A stretch of 58,863 nucleotides of DNA, the filler included. It is 4 parts of 4 records of this genome, joined end to end, with 100 filler letters (N's around TTAATTAATTAA, not from the genome) between each part and the next. Parts side by side here need not be neighbours in the genome. Positions count along the whole stretch, not along the records: positions 40,497 to 49,580 come from DRR723986_6482; positions 49,681 to 58,863 come from DRR723986_6490; 2 more parts are not named here. One strand, 5' to 3'. The notes beneath the pieces are model-generated. The model was not told the DNA's origin. It ran no database searches and saw nothing but the letters and a program-made list of their open reading frames with translations. Below are positions 42,921 through 52,724 of the stretch, piece by piece. The translations under genes and the position numbers were made by a program. Positions within the stretch are counted from its first letter, which is position 1. The number at the start of each line of letters is the position of its first letter.

Positions 42921-44936
42921 TCAAGCCGCTTTGTTGGTCCGCTCGAGTGCAGCGGTAATCCAGCTAGAAATATCCTGGCTGGCCGGAGGCTTTGCACTTC
43001 GCAGAATGCGTTGTCCATCAATCCCACGGGCTACATGGGCAACGCGTTGATAGAGGTCAGCAGGGACGCTTCGAGCTAAATCTCTGCTAGTCCGACACCC
43101 AGCGGCAACCAGCAACTGAGCTTTGTAGCCACACAATACCGGAACATCGCAAACCAGCTTTGCTTGATCCTGCCATTCGATGATCAATTGCTCTGTGATC
43201 CACCGAGTGTCCAGGCCGCTGTGCATTTCGGCAGGGTCGGCCTGAACGAACTCGCCGATTTTGTGGATGCCAATCTTGGCGAATCTTGCCGCAGTCTTCG
43301 GTCCGATGCTCGGGGCGTCGACCAGGTCGTTGTCATAGGTGACTCGCGTACGAACCGAAACGTTCGGCGTCGATCGCCTGGACGTGCGGCGCGAGTTCTG
43401 ATGCGTCACGTCGGGCGAATGTGTTCCTTCTGATGTTGGTGAAGGTACCGGTTGCGTTTCGATGGTCTCTTGGACAGCAACTTCGCGTTGTGGCATCTCG
43501 CTCGATTTGCTGGACGCGGTGCTAGCGGGCGGCTGGCTGGAGGGCGTCTCGCTTGAGAACGCGGGTTTCGAAGCTGGCCGCGACGTTGCGACGGTCGAAG
43601 CCTGCGCGCGAGCCTCGGAGAGTGTCATCTTGTTGGATTGTTTTGCAACGAAGGGCTCAGGCTTTCGCTTGTTATCGGCGTCACCAAGCGACTTGGAGTT
43701 CTGCTGCGGATCCGGTGCAGTAGTCTGTCTTGTGGTGACGATCGTTTTCCGTGTCGCTGGAGCTTGATCGGTGGCGGTTGCGGTGGTGACGGGTGCGGTG
43801 ACTGCCTCATGATGCTGCGCGGATACGGTCGTCTGAGTGAATGCTGCATCGGCCCCAGTGGCTGAGTTGGCTGGCTGAGCAGGCGGTGCCTCGACGGCAA
43901 CCTGCTTTATTTTTTCCCGGCGAACGGGCACTTCGACGGAGTCTTCCGCAACGGGCCTAAGAGTGACGGTGGATTGGTCTTGGTGCGACGCGTAAACTAC
44001 TTCCCGTGAAGTGGCGGCGGGTGAGCGAGAGGTCTGAGGAGGATTCTTCGCAAGCTCAATGGCGACCTTTTTGACTTCTGCCGGTGCGTTGCGACGCACG
44101 GTTCCAGTTGCTTCGTACTCTCGGAAGATTCGCTTCACCGCCGCCTGTTCATTGGTGTCGGAAATCTTGCGAACAATCCATGCAAGTGGCATGTCGATCG
44201 TGGCAAGCAGGGTCGAAAGCGTCAGCGAAACATCAGGTATCTCGACATCGGCAGAATCCGCGAGACGAATCAGCACGTCGGCCCAACTGCGCAGAGTTAG
44301 CCCGATGACTTCCGATAGGCCTTCGCGACTGGTTTCGCCTAGGCCCTCTGTGGGCGTCTTGCATCCTAGTTTTAGGTCGTAGTCGTCAATGATTGTGTTG
44401 TAAATGCGATTGCTGCGGCGGGCGCCCTCAGTAACCGCTTCACCGATCCAATTGTTTGAATTCGAAAATGCGATCGGCTCGATGTGCATCTCGTTGCTTC
44501 GAGCGTACAGCGACTCGTAACTCTTGCATACGCTCCATTCTAGCGGTCGGTGGACGGCGCTTTCTTGGTCACTTTGCGCCGTATGCAACGGCATGAATGG
44601 ATCAGTAAAGTAGTGACTGAGTACTCCACAAGCGTAGGCGGCCTTCTTCCATTTCTTGGCAGCCAAGAGATCGGCCGCTTCGTCGTACCACTTCTGGCAC
44701 GCCTTTGGGGCACCACCCCAGTTGTTTTGATTGACGTGGAGCACGTGATTCTGGAAATCGCGAAACGATTTGTCTGGCGCTTTGGCACCGACTAGATATT
44801 CATCGTGATACTTGAGCAGTAGCTGCCCTAGCCGTTGACCACAGACGGTAGCGATCAGCGGTAGCGAATCGATGGCAATATAGTGATGAGTACTACGGCA
44901 ATGGGCCGCTCTCAGAATCGTGACAAGACGTGACAT
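42921..44936 (-). CDS. Zn-dependent phospholipase C / S1-P1 nuclease-fold domain + low-complexity linker + DUF4332 (helix-hairpin-helix) domain
   Basis: STHH, GAKAPD, NHVLH, SHYFTD..MPLH, HRPLE; C-terminal DAPSIGPKTAARF..IGI, WQDQA.L.C.VP.L....AQLLVAAG. Confidence 0.8.
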   Translation of the reverse strand: MSRLVTILRAAHCRSTHHYIAIDSLPLIATVCGQRLGQLLLKYHDEYLVGAKAPDKSFRDFQNHVLHVNQNNWGGAPKACQKWYDEAADLLAAKKWKKAAYACGVLSHYFTDPFMPLHTAQSDQESAVHRPLEWSVCKSYESLYARSNEMHIEPIAFSNSNNWIGEAVTEGARRSNRIYNTIIDDYDLKLGCKTPTEGLGETSREGLSEVIGLTLRSWADVLIRLADSADVEIPDVSLTLSTLLATIDMPLAWIVRKISDTNEQAAVKRIFREYEATGTVRRNAPAEVKKVAIELAKNPPQTSRSPAATSREVVYASHQDQSTVTLRPVAEDSVEVPVRREKIKQVAVEAPPAQPANSATGADAAFTQTTVSAQHHEAVTAPVTTATATDQAPATRKTIVTTRQTTAPDPQQNSKSLGDADNKRKPEPFVAKQSNKMTLSEARAQASTVATSRPASKPAFSSETPSSQPPASTASSKSSEMPQREVAVQETIETQPVPSPTSEGTHSPDVTHQNSRRTSRRSTPNVSVRTRVTYDNDLVDAPSIGPKTAARFAKIGIHKIGEFVQADPAEMHSGLDTRWITEQLIIEWQDQAKLVCDVPVLCGYKAQLLVAAGCRTSRDLARSVPADLYQRVAHVARGIDGQRILRSAKPPASQDISSWITAALERTNKAA

Positions 44937-45454
44937 CCTGGCAGACTTCCCTTGATAATTACGCAGTTGAGTTTCCATCGGGCAATCCTGATCGATAATA
45001 TCGAACTGGGCTTATCAATTCGATGTATGCCGAGCGTCCTGCAGACCATTCCGCCTCGGCAGAGGGGCTTGTTGTTGGAAGATTAGGAAAACGAACGTGA
45101 GATCGCCACACCGATTCACACCGTTCGAATTGGTTGCAAAGCCCCTGCACTTGCTTGGTGTGAATACGCTCTCGACAAGGCTAGCAATAGCGTGCGTTCA
45201 GGAAGGCAACACTGCTCCTGGCGTGAAAGAAGGAACCACAGCCCCCGGGCTCGCTGCATGGCTTCCTGCCGGCGCGTTGAGTTGGCTGCAGTCCCAAGGG
45301 ATCCTGTGAACGTCGCCACTCGCGATTTTCTCCGTTGCCGTGCGGCCCGCTCGAGTGGTAAGCTGCCAAGGCAATGGATTGCGCACTATTCCTTCACTTC
45401 CCCGGCCGACTGCACTTGGGGGAGCGTAACCGCCAGCGACAAAAGGACATGTCG

Positions 45455-46561
45455 ATGAAGAGCGTAAAACTAGGACAACTTGCGGCGAACGTTTCGGGCG
45501 AGCTGATTGCTCCACAGGGCGCTGACTCGAGCATTGCTGACACCGTCATCCGAAATGCCCTGCCACTGCAGGAAGCAACTGAAGAAACACTTACGCTTGT
45601 CGACGATGCCAAACACCTAGAACGTCTCAACAAATCCGCGGCTGCAGCCGTAGTCGTGCGCGAGCCACTTGATGGGTGTGAGAAGCCCATGATCGTGGTC
45701 GAAGACCTACATGCTGCCTTCAGCTCAATTGTTGCGAGCTTTCGCCCGAAGTGGAACACTGCGACTGGCGTCCACGCCTCGGCGGTCGTCGATCCGACAG
45801 CCAAAATTGGAGCTGGAATTACGATTGGCCCCGGAGCAACGGTGGGTGAAGGAGTCACGATCGGCGATAATTGCACGATCGGCCCGGGTGTGCAAATTGG
45901 CCCTGGCTGCTCGCTGGGCGATGATTGTGAGGTCCTCGCAAGCGTTGTTCTCTACGAAAACACTTGCATCGGCAACCGTGTCCTGATTCATTCCGGAGCC
46001 GTGCTTGGTGGGTATGGCTTTGGCTACCGACAGCAAGACGGCAAGCACATTCGGACTTCGCAGCTTGGCTGGGTCGAGGTTGAAGATGATGTCGAAATTG
46101 GCGCAGCAACCACGATCGACCGCGGTACCTACGGAACAACTCGAATTGGCGAAGGGACGAAGCTGGATAACCAAGTTCAGATTGGTCACAACTGTCAGAT
46201 TGGAAAGCACAACTTGCTTTGCTCGCAAGTCGGCATTGCGGGTTCCACAACAACGGGTGACTACGTCGTCTTAGCTGGCCAAGCAGGTGTGGCGGATCAT
46301 TTGCACTTGGAAGATCGCGTCGTCGTCACGGCTCAGTCGGGCGTGATGCACAATCTGGAACCTGGCAAGGTCGTGTTTGGTACACCGGCGAGTCCAATCA
46401 AACAGAAGATGCAGGAAATCGCCCTGACCAGCAAACTTCCTCAAATGCGCAAGGATCTACGGGCTCTCGTGAAACAGGTTGACAAGATCGCAAGCGAGGC
46501 GGCTTCGGGCTGCGAATCATCCCAGCCTGCCGAAGAACGCTCCTCGCGTGATGCCGCCTAG
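45455..46561 (+). CDS. lpxD: UDP-3-O-(3-hydroxyacyl)glucosamine N-acyltransferase
   Basis: Hexapeptide repeats, GGYGFGY, QLGWVEVEDDVEIGAATTIDRG, KLDNQVQIGHN. Confidence 0.95.
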   Translation: MKSVKLGQLAANVSGELIAPQGADSSIADTVIRNALPLQEATEETLTLVDDAKHLERLNKSAAAAVVVREPLDGCEKPMIVVEDLHAAFSSIVASFRPKWNTATGVHASAVVDPTAKIGAGITIGPGATVGEGVTIGDNCTIGPGVQIGPGCSLGDDCEVLASVVLYENTCIGNRVLIHSGAVLGGYGFGYRQQDGKHIRTSQLGWVEVEDDVEIGAATTIDRGTYGTTRIGEGTKLDNQVQIGHNCQIGKHNLLCSQVGIAGSTTTGDYVVLAGQAGVADHLHLEDRVVVTAQSGVMHNLEPGKVVFGTPASPIKQKMQEIALTSKLPQMRKDLRALVKQVDKIASEAASGCESSQPAEERSSRDAA

Positions 46562-46618
46562 TCCTTGACGTCCGTTAACAGCCATTGACCGACCACCACA
46601 CCAAAGCTCCTCCTGCCC

Positions 46619-47626
46619 ATGTCAGAACTCGCCCCACTTGAGAACATCGCGGGAAAACGCGTCGGCATCGTAGCTGGCTGGGGCAGCTTTCCTGTTCATG
46701 TTGCCGAGCGACTGAGCGCGAACCGGTGCGATGTGATTACCGCCGGACTGAAAGGCCATGCGGGTGATGAGGTTCGCCGCGTCAGCAGTACATACCGGCC
46801 CTTCGGAGTGCTGAAACTTGGCGCGATGCTCCGCTACTTTCGCAAGGCACAAGTAGAGCACGTCGTCTTTGCGGGAAAAGTCTTTAAGGATCGGATCGTT
46901 CACAGCGGCCGCGGTTGGGTTGGGCACGCTCCCGACCTGACTTGCATGCGAGTCCTTGGTGGCAGCTTCATCACTCGATCTCGAGATGGCCGCGACGACA
47001 CAATCCTGACCGCAATCGCCGACGAATTCGCTCGGCAGAAGATGCCGGTACTTACCATCCACCAGTGTGCGCCCGACTTGCTGGTTGAAGCGGGGCAGAT
47101 CGGAAGCGTACGGGCCAGTCGGAATCAGACTCAGGACATCGATTTTGGTTGGAACATCGCGAAGCAAATGGGGCGTCTCGACGTTGGGCAGAGCATCATC
47201 GTCAAGGATCAGATGGTCTTGGCTGTAGAAGCGGTCGAGGGCACCGACGCTTTGATCCGACGCTCGGAGAGCATTTGCCCTCGCGGTGGATTTACGCTGG
47301 TCAAAGTGGCCAAGCCGGAGCAAGACATGCGATTCGACGTCCCGACTATTGGCATCCAGACCGTTAAGCGGATGGCTGCGTGCGGCGGTAGAGCGATCGG
47401 GATTGACGCTGACAAGACGATTCTTGTGGATCGCGACGATACCATCGCAGCGGCCAACGAGCTTGGCATTGCGATTGTCGCGCTTCGCGACAACCAAATC
47501 AGCCTACTGAGCAGCGACAGCTCAGGGGCAAACGCTTCAACTTCTGCGAATCAATTCAGTGCCACAGGGAAGGCCTCGGGCCTGTCTCGCAGCGACTACC
47601 CGCACAATCGCTATCGTGCTGCATAG
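46619..47626 (+). CDS. lpxI: UDP-2,3-diacylglucosamine diphosphatase LpxI (DUF1009)
   Basis: GIVAGWGSFP, LDVGQSIIV, AVEAVEGTD, VKVAKPEQDMRFDVPTIG. Confidence 0.92.
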   Translation: MSELAPLENIAGKRVGIVAGWGSFPVHVAERLSANRCDVITAGLKGHAGDEVRRVSSTYRPFGVLKLGAMLRYFRKAQVEHVVFAGKVFKDRIVHSGRGWVGHAPDLTCMRVLGGSFITRSRDGRDDTILTAIADEFARQKMPVLTIHQCAPDLLVEAGQIGSVRASRNQTQDIDFGWNIAKQMGRLDVGQSIIVKDQMVLAVEAVEGTDALIRRSESICPRGGFTLVKVAKPEQDMRFDVPTIGIQTVKRMAACGGRAIGIDADKTILVDRDDTIAAANELGIAIVALRDNQISLLSSDSSGANASTSANQFSATGKASGLSRSDYPHNRYRAA

Positions 47627-47664
47627 CGGCTGCCTCAGCCGCTTCTGTGTGTAAAGGTGAGTGC

Positions 47665-47704
47665 AAAAAGAAACGGCCGCCGGTTTTGTCCGACAGCCGT
47701 TTCT
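47665..47704 (-). terminator. Probable terminator downstream of the YTV-type gene
   Basis: AAAAAGAAACGGC...GCCGTTTCT inverted repeat with an A-run. Confidence 0.6.
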
Positions 47705-47742
47705 CGTATTTGCTTTATTCTAATTTAGCTTGAAAAGCTAGA

Positions 47743-49335
47743 TTAGCATCCGCAACCGCTGGTAGCTGATCCGCAACCGCCACAGTTGCTGCTGCATCCA
47801 GCAGAACCACCGCAAGCGCTAACTGCGCCACCGCAGCCGTTGCTTACAGGAACGGTAACTTCTTGAGCAACCATAACGCACTTGCGAACTTGCACTTCCT
47901 TTTCAACTTGAACAGGAACGCGAACAGTTACGTCAACGGTCTTTTCTTCTTCGACTGTGTTGTAGACAGTTACTTCGTACTCTTGATCTTCAGTAACAGC
48001 TTGGCACTCGGTGACTGTGTACTCACGAGTCTTTTCGACTGGCTTGCAAACGGTTACGTTGCGAGTGCGAGTTTCAGTCTTGTACGAGCACTGATTGACC
48101 ATACGAGTACGAGTTTCTGGTACGATCTTGCAAACTTGACGCGACTGCATTTGAGTCTCGTTGACCCAGCTGCACTTGCGAACGGTACGCATACGTTGTT
48201 CTGGAACGCACTTTGTAACCATGTACTCAACAGTTTCGGTAACTGGCTTGCACTTGCTGACGGTTACCATGCGAGTCTTGGTAACAGGACGGCACTTAGT
48301 AACTTGAACGTCCTTAGTGACGTTTTCAACCGTGCACTTGGTGACGTTGTATGTGTAAGGAACGTCTTCGTACGTGGTTTGGTAAGTCGTGCAAGGAACT
48401 TGCTCGGTTACAACGTTAGGAACCCAAACGCGACGGCTAACCATCGTTGGGCCGCAAGAACCGCAACCAGTGTTGCAGCTTCCGCAAGAGTTGCATCCAC
48501 CGCATCCGCCACATGTGCTAGCTGCACCGCAGCCACCGCATGCGCTTCCGCCGTTGCATCCACCGCCAACTTCAACAGTCTGGCACTGGTAGCTTCCCAT
48601 GTCCTTCGTTACCGTACGGTAAGTCGTAACTGGGACTCGCTTGCAAACCTTGCGAGTAGCCGTAACGGTCTCGGTGTAAGGCTTGCGAACTTGGTAAGTT
48701 TGTTGAACAGTTTCAGTGTAGTTTTCATACGCTGTGTACTGTTGTTCAACTTGCTCGGTGTAAGGAACCATCTTGGTTACTTGACGAGTAGCCTTTTCTT
48801 GCGTTGGAACCATTACAGTGTAAGGAACCTGAACGTCTTCGTAGACTGGCTTACGAACGGTGACAGGAACTTGAACAGTTTCCATCTTGCGAACGTTGAC
48901 AGTGTACTCTTGAGCAACCTGAGTCGTGACGGGAACTTGCACTTGGTACTCTTCGACCTTCGTCTCAGGAACCATTTCGGTGTAAGTTGCAGTCTTCTTG
49001 ACTTGGTGAGGAACCATCTTGGTGACGGTGCGAGTTCGCTTCTCAGTGGAAGGAACGCTCTTCATTACCTTGATAGTCTTCTGCTGAGTCTGCTGTTGCA
49101 TCTCAGTGACGGTGATGGTTTGAGTCTCAGTAACGTACTGAGGAACCATTACGGTCTTCGTGGTGTAAGTCGTGCCACAAGCGCTTCCGGAAGCAGCAGT
49201 AGCAGTTGCACATCCGCTGCAGCCAGAGGTGACAACTTGTGCTGCTGAGCCGCAGCTCGAGCATTGTGCGTGGACAGAGCTAGCAACGAACGCCGCAGCC
49301 AGCCCCATCATTGCGAAAAACGGGCGAAACTTCAT
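47743..49335 (-). CDS. Planctomycete YTV-repeat-type Cys/Val/Thr-rich secreted envelope protein
   Basis: RBS GAGGAG, signal peptide, about 14-aa repeats (YTVMVP, VTKC.PV), three Gly/Cys clusters; strongly biased codons (GTT, ACT). Confidence 0.85.
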   Translation of the reverse strand: MKFRPFFAMMGLAAAFVASSVHAQCSSCGSAAQVVTSGCSGCATATAASGSACGTTYTTKTVMVPQYVTETQTITVTEMQQQTQQKTIKVMKSVPSTEKRTRTVTKMVPHQVKKTATYTEMVPETKVEEYQVQVPVTTQVAQEYTVNVRKMETVQVPVTVRKPVYEDVQVPYTVMVPTQEKATRQVTKMVPYTEQVEQQYTAYENYTETVQQTYQVRKPYTETVTATRKVCKRVPVTTYRTVTKDMGSYQCQTVEVGGGCNGGSACGGCGAASTCGGCGGCNSCGSCNTGCGSCGPTMVSRRVWVPNVVTEQVPCTTYQTTYEDVPYTYNVTKCTVENVTKDVQVTKCRPVTKTRMVTVSKCKPVTETVEYMVTKCVPEQRMRTVRKCSWVNETQMQSRQVCKIVPETRTRMVNQCSYKTETRTRNVTVCKPVEKTREYTVTECQAVTEDQEYEVTVYNTVEEEKTVDVTVRVPVQVEKEVQVRKCVMVAQEVTVPVSNGCGGAVSACGGSAGCSSNCGGCGSATSGCGC

Positions 49336-49580
49336 GAGGTTCTCCTCTAGAGGTACCAACGGTGGCCGGCGGGCCAGCCTGTGTGTATCAGTCGCACGAT
49401 GCGACGATCAAAATTCAAATGCAATAAACAAGTCTGTTTTGAAGCATTGCGGCAAGACGGGTCGGCCAGTCAGGGCAACGGGCGTGGCCTTCAAAGTGAA
49501 GATTCCCCCCCAAAGGTGATGGGGCTCCAGACGAGTTACCAGAGTGTAGCTGATCAGAATCGGAACGCGAGTGGCGGGCG

Positions 49581-49680
49581 NNNNNNNNNNNNNNNNNNNN
49601 NNNNNNNNNNNNNNNNNNNNNNNNTTAATTAATTAANNNNNNNNNNNNNNNNNNNNNNNNNNNNNNNNNNNNNNNNNNNN
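49581..49680. other. Artificial contig spacer
   Basis: N-run with TTAATTAATTAA at 49625-49636. Confidence 0.99.
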
Positions 49681-50220
49681 CTCGGCTATCGCGGCATGAA
49701 GGAATACGAACTGGGCTTTGACGGCTTCGAAGTCAAAGGTGAGAACCTGCTTGGCGGCGAAGAGGGCAAAGGCTTCAAACAGCTGATGGAGACCTTTGAA
49801 AGTGCCCGTATTCAGACCGCGGCCCGCGCCATCGGTGTGGCGCAATCGGCGCTGGATATTTCCATGCAATACGCCCAAGACCGCAAACAATTCGGCAAGG
49901 CGCTGATCAACTTCCCGCGTGTGTCGTCCAAACTGGCGATGATGGCGGTGGAACTGATGGTGGCCCGCCAGCTGACCTATTTCTCTGCCTTTGAAAAAGA
50001 CGAAGGCCGCCGCTGCGACGTTGAGGCAGGCATGGCCAAGCTGCTGGGCGCAAGGGTCGCTTGGGCGGCTGCGGACAATGGTCTGCAAATTCATGGCGGC
50101 AACGGCTTTGCCCTTGAATACAAAATCAGCCGTGTGTTGTGCGACGCCCGCATTCTGAACATCTTTGAAGGTGCAGCAGAAATTCAGGCGCAGGTGATCT
50201 CACGCCGTCTGTTGGGTTGA
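49681..50220 (+). CDS. mcd: Acyl-CoA dehydrogenase, most likely (2S)-methylsuccinyl-CoA dehydrogenase, 5'-truncated
   Basis: [16 protein letters not shown]...[11 protein letters not shown]...[12 protein letters not shown]...[16 protein letters not shown] matches rhodobacteral Mcd as I recall it. Confidence 0.8.
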   Translation, partial: LGYRGMKEYELGFDGFEVKGENLLGGEEGKGFKQLMETFESARIQTAARAIGVAQSALDISMQYAQDRKQFGKALINFPRVSSKLAMMAVELMVARQLTYFSAFEKDEGRRCDVEAGMAKLLGARVAWAAADNGLQIHGGNGFALEYKISRVLCDARILNIFEGAAEIQAQVISRRLLG

Positions 50221-50227
50221 ACTGGCC

Positions 50228-50246
50228 GGGCGGATCTCTCCGCCCC
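50228..50246. terminator. Hairpin between convergent genes
   Basis: GGGCGGA-TCTC-TCCGCCC. Confidence 0.5.
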
Positions 50247-50256
50247 TGCCACCACT

Positions 50257-50622
50257 CTACCCGTAGACGGCCCAAAGGCTCAGCGCGGGAATACCCAAAA
50301 AGATGATCCACTGCGGCATCTGTTTGAGATTGCCAAGCTGGCCCATGCCGTAAGCAATAAACAATCCGGCAAACCCGATCTGCACAGCGCATATCATCCA
50401 AAGCAAGGCCGGGTTTGGCACATATGCCAGCCAGGCCAAACCCGCCGCCATCAGCAACAATATCACAGTGATGCCATGCCATACCACATCGGCAACGGCC
50501 TTGACCGGCTTGCTCAGGTTGGATTGGCGAATGGGCGTCATAATCTCGGGCCCGCCAGCAAACACATGAATGGCACTGGTCAGCAACATCAACAAGGCGG
50601 CGATCATCAAAGCAACGGACAT
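50257..50622 (-). CDS. Small 4-TM hypothetical membrane protein
   Basis: RBS AAGGAG; hydrophobic helices; IHVFAGG, VWHGIT, PQW motifs. Confidence 0.8.
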   Translation of the reverse strand: MSVALMIAALLMLLTSAIHVFAGGPEIMTPIRQSNLSKPVKAVADVVWHGITVILLLMAAGLAWLAYVPNPALLWMICAVQIGFAGLFIAYGMGQLGNLKQMPQWIIFLGIPALSLWAVYG

Positions 50623-50637
50623 CTGGTATCTCCTTAT

Positions 50638-50694
50638 CCATACGCTACCGTATGTTTCATATCGGCTTGCTGCCGTCAATACGGTAGCGTATGG
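50638..50694. promoter_or_regulatory. Two TetR operators in inverted orientation
   Basis: CCATACGCTACCGTAT (50638-50653) and its exact reverse complement (50679-50694); each is itself an ATACG-N4-CGTAT palindrome. Confidence 0.8.
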
Positions 50695-50700
50695 TAAATC

Positions 50701-51255
50701 ATGACCAAATCAAACCGCCTCACATCCGAAAGCTGGATCGCAGCAGGCTTTCTGTCCCTTGCGCAAAACGGCCCGAAATCCTTGCGGGCAGAGCCATTGG
50801 CACGTAGCCTTAAGACCACAAAAGGTTCATTTTATTGGCATTTTTCCGATGTACCGGCTTTTCACGCGGCGATGCTCACCCTTTGGGAAGATCGCGCATT
50901 TTCCAGCATCGTCGCGGAACTGGATAAGATGCCGGACCCAAGGCAACGGTTGCGGGCACTGGGACAAATTGCAGCGATTTCCGCGCCAGAAGAAATGGGC
51001 GGGCAAGCCCTTGAACCGGCAATCCGCGCCTGGGGCCGCGACGATGCAAATGTCGCCGAGGCCATCGCGCGGGTCGATGCCAAGCGCGAAGGTTATCTTG
51101 CCGATCAACTGGCGCAGCTTGGCCTCTCCAATCCGGCCTTTGCCCGCATCATCTATGCCGCATATGTGGGCGGTGATGATCTGTGCAGCCGCGATGGCGG
51201 CGATCCCACCCCGGCATTGACCACCCTGATTGACCTGATCTTGGCACTGGAATGA
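50701..51255 (+). CDS. TetR/AcrR family regulator
   Basis: LRAEPLARSLKTTKGSFYWHF HTH; E.AIRAW. Confidence 0.94.
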   Translation: MTKSNRLTSESWIAAGFLSLAQNGPKSLRAEPLARSLKTTKGSFYWHFSDVPAFHAAMLTLWEDRAFSSIVAELDKMPDPRQRLRALGQIAAISAPEEMGGQALEPAIRAWGRDDANVAEAIARVDAKREGYLADQLAQLGLSNPAFARIIYAAYVGGDDLCSRDGGDPTPALTTLIDLILALE

Positions 51256-51293
51256 CCCTTGCCGTGGCCAAGCACCCATCCTACCTGAATGGA

Positions 51294-51686
51294 ATGAAAT
51301 GGATTGCCGCCCTCATCCCGCTCAGCTTGGTCGCAGGCTGTTTTGCCGACGAAACCCTGCGCGGCTATGGCGCGGCAGACAAAACATGGATGTTGACGGA
51401 GGCACGTGACTTTGCCGCCAATCCGAAAATCACACTGACCTTCCCCGAAACCGGCCGCATCGCCGGGCAAGCCCCCTGCAACAGCTATTTCGCCACAATG
51501 GATGTCCCCTACCCCTGGTTCGAGACAGGTCCAATTGCCGCAACCAAACGCGCCTGCCCTGACCTCGGGACCGAGGCCGCGTTTTTCAACGCGCTGGAGG
51601 CGGCCACATTGTCCGAAGTATTGGGCAACACCCTGATCCTCTCCGACGATGACGGGATGCTTATGGTTTTCCGCTCCGGCGGCTGA
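51294..51686 (+). CDS. META/HslJ domain lipoprotein
   Basis: Lipobox [23 protein letters not shown]. Confidence 0.88.
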   Translation: MKWIAALIPLSLVAGCFADETLRGYGAADKTWMLTEARDFAANPKITLTFPETGRIAGQAPCNSYFATMDVPYPWFETGPIAATKRACPDLGTEAAFFNALEAATLSEVLGNTLILSDDDGMLMVFRSGG

Positions 51687-52395
51687 ACGCCTCAACATAT
51701 CTCGCCCGCGCCTCTGGCAGGGGTTTCCCCCCCAAATCCTGCGCAAGATGTGACTTCAGGAAATACCCGGTGGTTTTGAAGGCCTGCAAAATCTGCGCGG
51801 CCTCTCCATCGCCTTCCCCCCGCAACACCGGGGGCAATGGCAGCAGGCGATCGGCCCATTCCCCGGCGCCCTTCGCCGAAACAGCCCTGCCCGATTTGGG
51901 CGAGACATAGATCAGATCATCGTCTGATCCCGTCACCGCGCAGGCCGTCAGATCGAGCCCATACCCCATGTCTTCCAGCAAGGTCAGCTCCCAATGCAAA
52001 TAGGCCAGAGGCCAAACCGCCTCATCCCCCAGCAAATCCAAGAGCGCCTCAGTGCGGCGGTACAATGCGGCGTGCGGCTCCCGCTCTGGCAGGCAAAACG
52101 ACAACAGCGCCGTGACCGCGTTCAGCCCCGCCAGCGTCATCCGGTCCCCCATTGCTGCCGCCGCGCGGCTGCGCACCGGCTCAACCGTGAAACTTCCAAT
52201 ATGGTCTTCCAGACGCGCCCGCCAGGCCACATCAAGCTGCGCACCCGGTTGCAGGATCGGCGCGATCTTGCGACTGGTGCCGCCGCGCACAACGCCCATA
52301 TGCCGGCCCTGCTCGGGCGTGAACATTTCAATAATGGCCGAGGTTTCCCCATGGCGGCGCGTGCTCAGCAATATGCCCTGATCGCGCCATTCCAT
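51661..52395 (-). CDS. recO: DNA repair protein RecO
   Basis: [37 protein letters not shown]. Confidence 0.97.
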   Translation of the reverse strand: MEWRDQGILLSTRRHGETSAIIEMFTPEQGRHMGVVRGGTSRKIAPILQPGAQLDVAWRARLEDHIGSFTVEPVRSRAAAAMGDRMTLAGLNAVTALLSFCLPEREPHAALYRRTEALLDLLGDEAVWPLAYLHWELTLLEDMGYGLDLTACAVTGSDDDLIYVSPKSGRAVSAKGAGEWADRLLPLPPVLRGEGDGEAAQILQAFKTTGYFLKSHLAQDLGGKPLPEARARYVEAFSRRSGKP

Positions 52396-52724
52396 CAGCC
52401 AAGCCCCTCTTCATCCAAAAGATGTCGACCCTGCCGGTCCTCAACTTCGACCACCCAGATGTCGGGATCAAATCCGCGTTGCCGTGCAATGGCATCGTCC
52501 ACTTCGGCCTCTGGGCCGCTGCTCAACTCGATCCAGCGCCGCTCACCGCTCATCAGATCAAAAGACCGCTGAAACACCTTTCCGCGACCATCCAGCGTGG
52601 ACAGTTTCACCAGAACCGCACCGCCCGTGTCGTCCCCATGAGCCACCACAAAGGCCGGAATATCCTGAAACCGCAAACGCGCAAGATAAGCATCAATCCA
52701 GAACCGAGAGGTCAGTCGCGCCAT
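52395..52724 (-). CDS. DUF1491 family protein
   Basis: [44 protein letters not shown]. Confidence 0.9.
   Translation of the reverse strand: MARLTSRFWIDAYLARLRFQDIPAFVVAHGDDTGGAVLVKLSTLDGRGKVFQRSFDLMSGERRWIELSSGPEAEVDDAIARQRGFDPDIWVVEVEDRQGRHLLDEEGLG

Noticed and set aside
24947..47626. Apparent lipid A/LPS cluster (lptF, lpxH-like, lpxD, lpxI)
   Set aside because: The genes lie on two different contigs from different organisms
47863..49248. 461-aa ORF antisense to the YTV-type gene
   Set aside because: Mirror of the repetitive codon usage; the sense protein has an RBS and signal peptide
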